This document shows positions 59,586 to 64,000 of a stretch of DNA of 64,000 nt, piece by piece. Source of the DNA: an uncultured Candidatus Saccharibacteria bacterium (GTDB lineage: Bacteria > Patescibacteriota > Dojkabacteria > J137). The notes under the pieces were generated by a model. It saw only the letters and a list, made by a program, of their open reading frames with translations, had not been told where the DNA came from and did no database searches. A program made the translations under genes and the position numbers. Position 1 is the first letter of the stretch. Each line of letters opens with the position of its first letter. The stretch covers positions 165,771 to 229,770 of the forward strand of contig OZ246402.1 of the NCBI GenBank assembly GCA_965230975.1. The letters are read 5' to 3'.

Positions 59586-59655
59586 TTGTAATTCTTAATT
59601 ATTAAGCGACGCGATTATACATTATCTGACAATATTTTTCGAGCTCAACACTTGA

Positions 59656-60027
59656 TTAAAAGTCTTTGTCATCCTCGTAACCATAGTTATCGGAGTCAAA
59701 GTCCTCTTGGTCCAAGAACACATCCTCGTCACTTAAATTTACATCTTCGTCTGCCCACTCAACCATATCGTCTTCTGATTCTTCTTCGTTTGCAGGTTTT
59801 TTCAACTTTTTTGCAGCTTCTTCAAACTCTTCGTCAGCTTTGTCCTTATCTTCATCTGTTTTTATTTCACCCATGTTGAAATAACTTACCTCATTAGAGA
59901 GTGGTGCCTCAGAAGCTAAGTCTTCATCGCTTGAAAAGTTAACCTCCTCTACTACAAAATCATCTGTTACAGGTAGTACTACATCTTGAGATAAATCGTC
60001 GTCAGTTGGCTTTTTATTTTTAGCCAT
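59656..60027 (-). CDS. highly acidic, likely disordered protein
   Basis: 123 aa, very D/E-rich. Confidence 0.65.
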   Translation of the reverse strand: MAKNKKPTDDDLSQDVVLPVTDDFVVEEVNFSSDEDLASEAPLSNEVSYFNMGEIKTDEDKDKADEEFEEAAKKLKKPANEEESEDDMVEWADEDVNLSDEDVFLDQEDFDSDNYGYEDDKDF

Positions 60028-60103
60028 AAGTTCAATCTAAAAATTATCTCAGTAAAATACGCTATAAGTGTAAATTTGTCAATTAATTTTAGATTGTTTG
60101 TCA

Positions 60104-61189
60104 CTATAGATTTTGAATTATACTTAGTAGCTTCTCTGCAAAGCTTTCCCAGGAGTATTTTTTTATGACAGATTGATCTGTCACTTGGATATTGTTCATT
60201 AGATTAACCATACCCATTTTTATATCTTCCGGTTTACTTGGGTTAACAAAAATGACACTATTAATATCGGTAGCTACTTCTTTAAAGACTGCTATATTTG
60301 AAGCTAAGACAGGTTTCCCCCTAGCTGTAAATTCAATAATTGGTAACCCAAAACCTTCGTAAATGCTAAGTTGAATCCCTCCTATGCTTAAATCTATTAA
60401 GCTGGCTAAATCTGCTTCTGGTACATATCCCGTGAATAGTACTGAGTTCTCAAGCTTTAAGTCTGATACAGTTTTAAATATTTCATTGTAAAACCAACCT
60501 TTCTTACCTACTATTACAAGTTTGTATTGAGGATACTCTTTTATGAAAAAAGAAAAAGCCTTAATTGCAGTCACATGATTTTTTCGCGGTTCAAGTGTTC
60601 CAACCATTATTAAATAATTTGGTGGCAAATTATATTTTGTGAAAACTTCTTTGTTTTTAGCTTCGTTTTTTGTACTTAAAGCCCAATCGTGAAGACCCAA
60701 TAGGATAAAATCTTTGTTTGGCTTGCTATCCATTTGTAACAACTCACCTAAAACTGTTTTACTGATTGTTACCACAAACCGTGCTTTTTTTAGGGCTAGT
60801 CTAAGTTGAATGTTATAAAACAGACTACCCTTCTTTGAAAAAAATTGGGGGTAACGTATTGGAGCAATATCATGAACCATTTGTATTGTGTTTGGGTAAA
60901 TAATGCTCCACAAAAAATTCGAGGTAGAAATAAATGCGTCGAACTTGTTCTCTTTTAAATATTTAGAACCTTTTAACATCCAAAATGTATCTGCTTTAGT
61001 TGAATCTATTACGGTTATTTTAAAATTACTTGCTAAGTTTAGATTTAGATCAGATGGATAGATATTAGTAAGAAGTTCGTATTGGTTATTTGTATCTATT
61101 TTAGATAAAGCTTCGATCATACTAAATGCAACATAGCCTATTCCTGCTTTATCTTTAAGTGCGGGTGTTAAATCTATTCCAATTTTCAT
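60104..61189 (-). CDS. glycosyltransferase family 4
   Basis: VHDIAP, VGTLEPRKN, GKKGW, YEGFGLPIIE. Confidence 0.9.
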   Translation of the reverse strand: MKIGIDLTPALKDKAGIGYVAFSMIEALSKIDTNNQYELLTNIYPSDLNLNLASNFKITVIDSTKADTFWMLKGSKYLKENKFDAFISTSNFLWSIIYPNTIQMVHDIAPIRYPQFFSKKGSLFYNIQLRLALKKARFVVTISKTVLGELLQMDSKPNKDFILLGLHDWALSTKNEAKNKEVFTKYNLPPNYLIMVGTLEPRKNHVTAIKAFSFFIKEYPQYKLVIVGKKGWFYNEIFKTVSDLKLENSVLFTGYVPEADLASLIDLSIGGIQLSIYEGFGLPIIEFTARGKPVLASNIAVFKEVATDINSVIFVNPSKPEDIKMGMVNLMNNIQVTDQSVIKKYSWESFAEKLLSIIQNL

Positions 61190-61278
61190 AATTCTATTTT
61201 ATCAGATTTGTTACACTAAGTATCATAATCAATTGATCAGTATGGTAAATATTGGATTGTTCATATAAAATTATTGCT

Positions 61279-62370
61279 ATGCTTTGCAAAGTAAAATTAA
61301 AAAACTATAGAAATTTAGAAGACTTAGATATAAGTGTAAATCCTAAATCCACAATAATTATAGCTCCAAACTCAACCGGCAAGACTAACTTTTTAGAATC
61401 TATATACTTAAATATTTACGGTTCTCCATTTAAAAGTATAGAAAATATTAAAGAAGTTATTGGTGCCCAAACTAATTTTTGCAAGGCGACTTTAGAGTGG
61501 CAAGACTCAACAACCGAGGTTGTAGTGTCATTAATAGATAATGTTGTAAAAAAAACATATTTTTTTAATTCAAAACCTACTACTCTATCAAAACTATCTA
61601 TATCTCACTCTGCCGTTATTTTTGCACCAGATTCAGTAGATATAATTTCAGGTGATCCCTCTTTAAGAAGGCAGGATTTAGATAATTACTTATCCTCAAT
61701 TTTTAAAGAATACAATCAGGCAATTTTAAACTACAATAAAATTTTAAAAAATCGAAATGCTTTACTTAAAATAATTAGAGATAATAAGGCTTCAAAAAAG
61801 GAGTTGCTATTTTGGACAGATAAATTAATAGAAAATGCTGCAATAATTTACGCTCATAGAGTTAAATTTTTTGAAACAATAGAGCCGTATGTAGTACAGG
61901 TAGTTCAAGAAATGAGTATATTTTTAAAAGAAGATGATTACAAATTTCTTAAACTAACATATATTCCTAATGTGAAAGCAATTAACCAAGATTATTCCGC
62001 ATCTTTAAAAAGTAAGTATGAAGAAAATTTTGATAAAGAGGTTATTGTAGGTAAAACTCTTTATGGAGTACATAAAGATGATTTTAGCTTGTTTATAAAA
62101 GATAAAAATATTAGGTTTTATGGTTCAAGAGGTCAACAACGCTTGGCTACTTTATTAATAAAACTTGCACAAATAAAGTACTTTAAAGAATTAAAAACTT
62201 ATGAGCCACTTTTCTTAATAGATGACTTAATGTCAGAACTTGACTCTGGTAATCGAGATAAGGTTTCGGAGTATTTATTGCACTCGGGTATTCAATTTGT
62301 ATTAACAACTGCAGAAGAACTAGAAATCCCAAAAACTTTAATGGGCAACTCTACTTTAGTTACTCTCTGA
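61279..62370 (+). CDS. recF: DNA replication/repair protein RecF
   Basis: NYRN, APNSTGKTNFLE, GDPSLRRQDLD, GVHKDD, GSRGQQR, LIDDLMSELD; start at MLCK, 7 nt after TAAAAT. Confidence 0.93.
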   Translation: MLCKVKLKNYRNLEDLDISVNPKSTIIIAPNSTGKTNFLESIYLNIYGSPFKSIENIKEVIGAQTNFCKATLEWQDSTTEVVVSLIDNVVKKTYFFNSKPTTLSKLSISHSAVIFAPDSVDIISGDPSLRRQDLDNYLSSIFKEYNQAILNYNKILKNRNALLKIIRDNKASKKELLFWTDKLIENAAIIYAHRVKFFETIEPYVVQVVQEMSIFLKEDDYKFLKLTYIPNVKAINQDYSASLKSKYEENFDKEVIVGKTLYGVHKDDFSLFIKDKNIRFYGSRGQQRLATLLIKLAQIKYFKELKTYEPLFLIDDLMSELDSGNRDKVSEYLLHSGIQFVLTTAEELEIPKTLMGNSTLVTL

Positions 62371-62727
62371 AAAAAGCACCTCGAAATCTTTTTTTGTAGA
62401 AACCTGCTTTAAAGCTAGAACTACATCTAATATCTCGTCTGAATCAATGTTTTCGGATTCTACGAATTTCTTCATTTCCCCCACAGAAATATCAGTTCTA
62501 GCTACTGTTTTTCTTGCAGCTATAACACCTTCTGATGGGCTTTGAATTTGAATCATATAGGTACTGTTACAGTTGTTGCAAGTTAATCTTAATGATAGTT
62601 TTTCGGTATCTTGACCTAATATTTCTACATCCTCTTTATTGTGTTTGTTTCCACACTTATCACAAAAATTTGGCATGACATTAGGTATTTGTTGTAACAG
62701 TTGGTTTATTGGTAAATTTTTTAACAT
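62356..62727 (-). CDS. zinc-ribbon hypothetical protein
   Basis: CDKCG...CNNCN cysteine pairs. Confidence 0.65.
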   Translation of the reverse strand: MLKNLPINQLLQQIPNVMPNFCDKCGNKHNKEDVEILGQDTEKLSLRLTCNNCNSTYMIQIQSPSEGVIAARKTVARTDISVGEMKKFVESENIDSDEILDVVLALKQVSTKKDFEVLFSESN

Positions 62728-62847
62728 ATTTTTCTCCTAGCACAACTATTATATGACTGCTAACTGTATTTTGGCAAGATACTAAAACCTTTATTGATAC
62801 TGCAAAGTCCAGTAGATGGTTCTATTGGCTTGTGAAATTTTTTGTAA

Positions 62848-63441
62848 TTATTGTATTAAATTGGATACGTTACCAATAAGCATGCAGTTATCTTGAATTA
62901 GTAAATCCAAAATAAAAGAGTCTCCCCTTCTTTTTCTGGTTTGAAATTCTGATTCAGACATAACTGTGTAATGAATTTCGCGTTTTCTTTTTTCTTGTGC
63001 TTTCGAAACTAACCTCTCTAAAGTAGGCAAATCCACTTTGCCAATAATTACTAAGTCTATTAAATTTTGCCCAAATGCAAAATCTCTTGTAAAGTAAGGG
63101 GTTAGAAAAGCAAAGGTTACGTTACCAAGTTTTGATTTGTTGTTTATAATTTCTGCACCAAGCCCATAAGACTTGTGAAATAGTGATGTTAGTTCTGGTA
63201 TAAATTGATGATCAAGATTTAAAGTAAAGTACTTTCTATTTCCTTTGTCTTCTACTGTTACTAGTTTCAGCTCTTCTAATCTTGTTAGTTCTCTTCTGAC
63301 AGCATTAATTTCTTCGTTAAATTCTCGTACAGCGCCTCTTAAATGAATGCTCTCTGTTGGGTTAAGCAAAAAATACTCAAGAGTTTTAATCCTAACTTTA
63401 GATATAAATAAATGTTCAAGAGTTTTGATAGAACTACTCAT
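62848..63441 (-). CDS. winged-HTH protein with C-terminal nucleotidyltransferase-like domain
   Basis: LFISKVRIKTL...INAVRRELTRLE..GNRKYF, then IDLVIIG...REIHYTVMSESEF. Confidence 0.7.
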   Translation of the reverse strand: MSSSIKTLEHLFISKVRIKTLEYFLLNPTESIHLRGAVREFNEEINAVRRELTRLEELKLVTVEDKGNRKYFTLNLDHQFIPELTSLFHKSYGLGAEIINNKSKLGNVTFAFLTPYFTRDFAFGQNLIDLVIIGKVDLPTLERLVSKAQEKRKREIHYTVMSESEFQTRKRRGDSFILDLLIQDNCMLIGNVSNLIQ

Positions 63442-63552
63442 TTGAGTAAATTTTTAAAACTAAATAGCTGTTAGTCTAGCTTAAAGTATTTAGAATTTAT
63501 TTTCAAGAAGAAAACGCGATATTACTTACTGGTAGCAATTTATAAAGTTACC

Positions 63553-63582
63553 AAAATGGTGGAGGGTAAAACCCTCCACCAT
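63553..63582 (-). terminator. intrinsic terminator after recA
   Basis: ATGGTGGAGGGT-ttt-ACCCTCCACCAT followed by TTT on the minus strand. Confidence 0.8.
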
Positions 63583-63595
63583 ACAAAAAATTTTA

Positions 63596-64000
63596 TTATA
63601 AGCCTGCAGCTTTTTTTACATCATTCCAAATTTCTTGTAAAAGTTTTTTATCTTCTTTTAGTAAGTCTTTAACCCCTTCTCTGCCTTGTCCAAGATTTTC
63701 CCCATTTCTTTTAAACCAAGCACCGGATTTTTCTATTACATTGTATTTAACAGCAACGTCAATTAAACTTGAAACTTTGTCTATGCCTTCTCCGTATCTA
63801 ATGTCAAATTCTGCTTCTTTGAAAGGTGGTGCTACCTTGTTTTTGACAACCTTTACACGAACCAGGTTCCCTACTGTCTCATCACCTTTAACGATTTTTT
63901 CTTTAGATCTAATGTCCATTCTTACAGATGAATAAAACTTTAAAGCATTACCACCGGTAGTTGTTTCGGGGTTGCCAAACATAACCCCAATTTTAAGTCT
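63596..64000 (-). CDS. recA: recombinase RecA, 3' part (runs off window end)
   Basis: [49 protein letters not shown]. Confidence 0.97.
   Translation of the reverse strand, partial: RLKIGVMFGNPETTTGGNALKFYSSVRMDIRSKEKIVKGDETVGNLVRVKVVKNKVAPPFKEAEFDIRYGEGIDKVSSLIDVAVKYNVIEKSGAWFKRNGENLGQGREGVKDLLKEDKKLLQEIWNDVKKAAGL

Noticed and set aside
283-63935. Many short antisense or overlapping ORFs in the track (e.g. 283..504, 2548..2775, 12045..12500, 32892..33257, 40781..41122, 55411..55818)
   Set aside because: They lie on the opposite strand or in another frame of well-supported genes and show no motifs; shadow ORFs
1-64000. tRNA/rRNA genes, CRISPR arrays, prophage, transposases, stop-codon reassignment
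   Set aside because: None recognised by eye; long conserved genes are intact under code 11 and TGA acts as a stop in ATGA overlaps

Overview
AT-rich (roughly 30-33% GC by eye) bacterial chromosome segment read with genetic code 11. Gene content points to a Patescibacteria/CPR organism, possibly Dojkabacteria; this is inference from the small CPR-type membrane proteins, the pilin, several TrmB regulators, fused tRNA enzymes and the lack of Shine-Dalgarno motifs. The window is dominated by information-processing genes: rpoB-rpoC-rpsL-rpsG, rpsT, tyrS, valS, trpS, tig, rsmI, an RlmD/TrmA-type methyltransferase, a tsaC-tsaE fusion, elp3, recF, recA and a class II photolyase. It also holds two ECF sigma/anti-sigma-like pairs, a VapBC-like TA pair and a regulator-rich island. 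I saw no tRNA, rRNA, CRISPR array, integrase or transposase. Main highlights: (1) a housekeeping RNA polymerase whose trigger loop has lost the normally invariant His and other NTP-contacting residues; (2) a Trp/aromatic leader-peptide attenuator in front of an ATP-grasp ligase, histidine phosphatase and TrpRS operon; (3) Elp3 next to a Trm9/ALKBH8-like methyltransferase, suggesting a eukaryote/archaea-style mcm5U34 pathway; (4) an ultrashort-stem-I T-box with a Val specifier upstream of a ValRS carrying inserted GNAT and phosphatase domains; (5) a human-like TyrRS with an N-terminal tRNA-binding OB fold; (6) frequent leaderless-type starts. All homology calls are by eye against recalled motifs; no searches were run.
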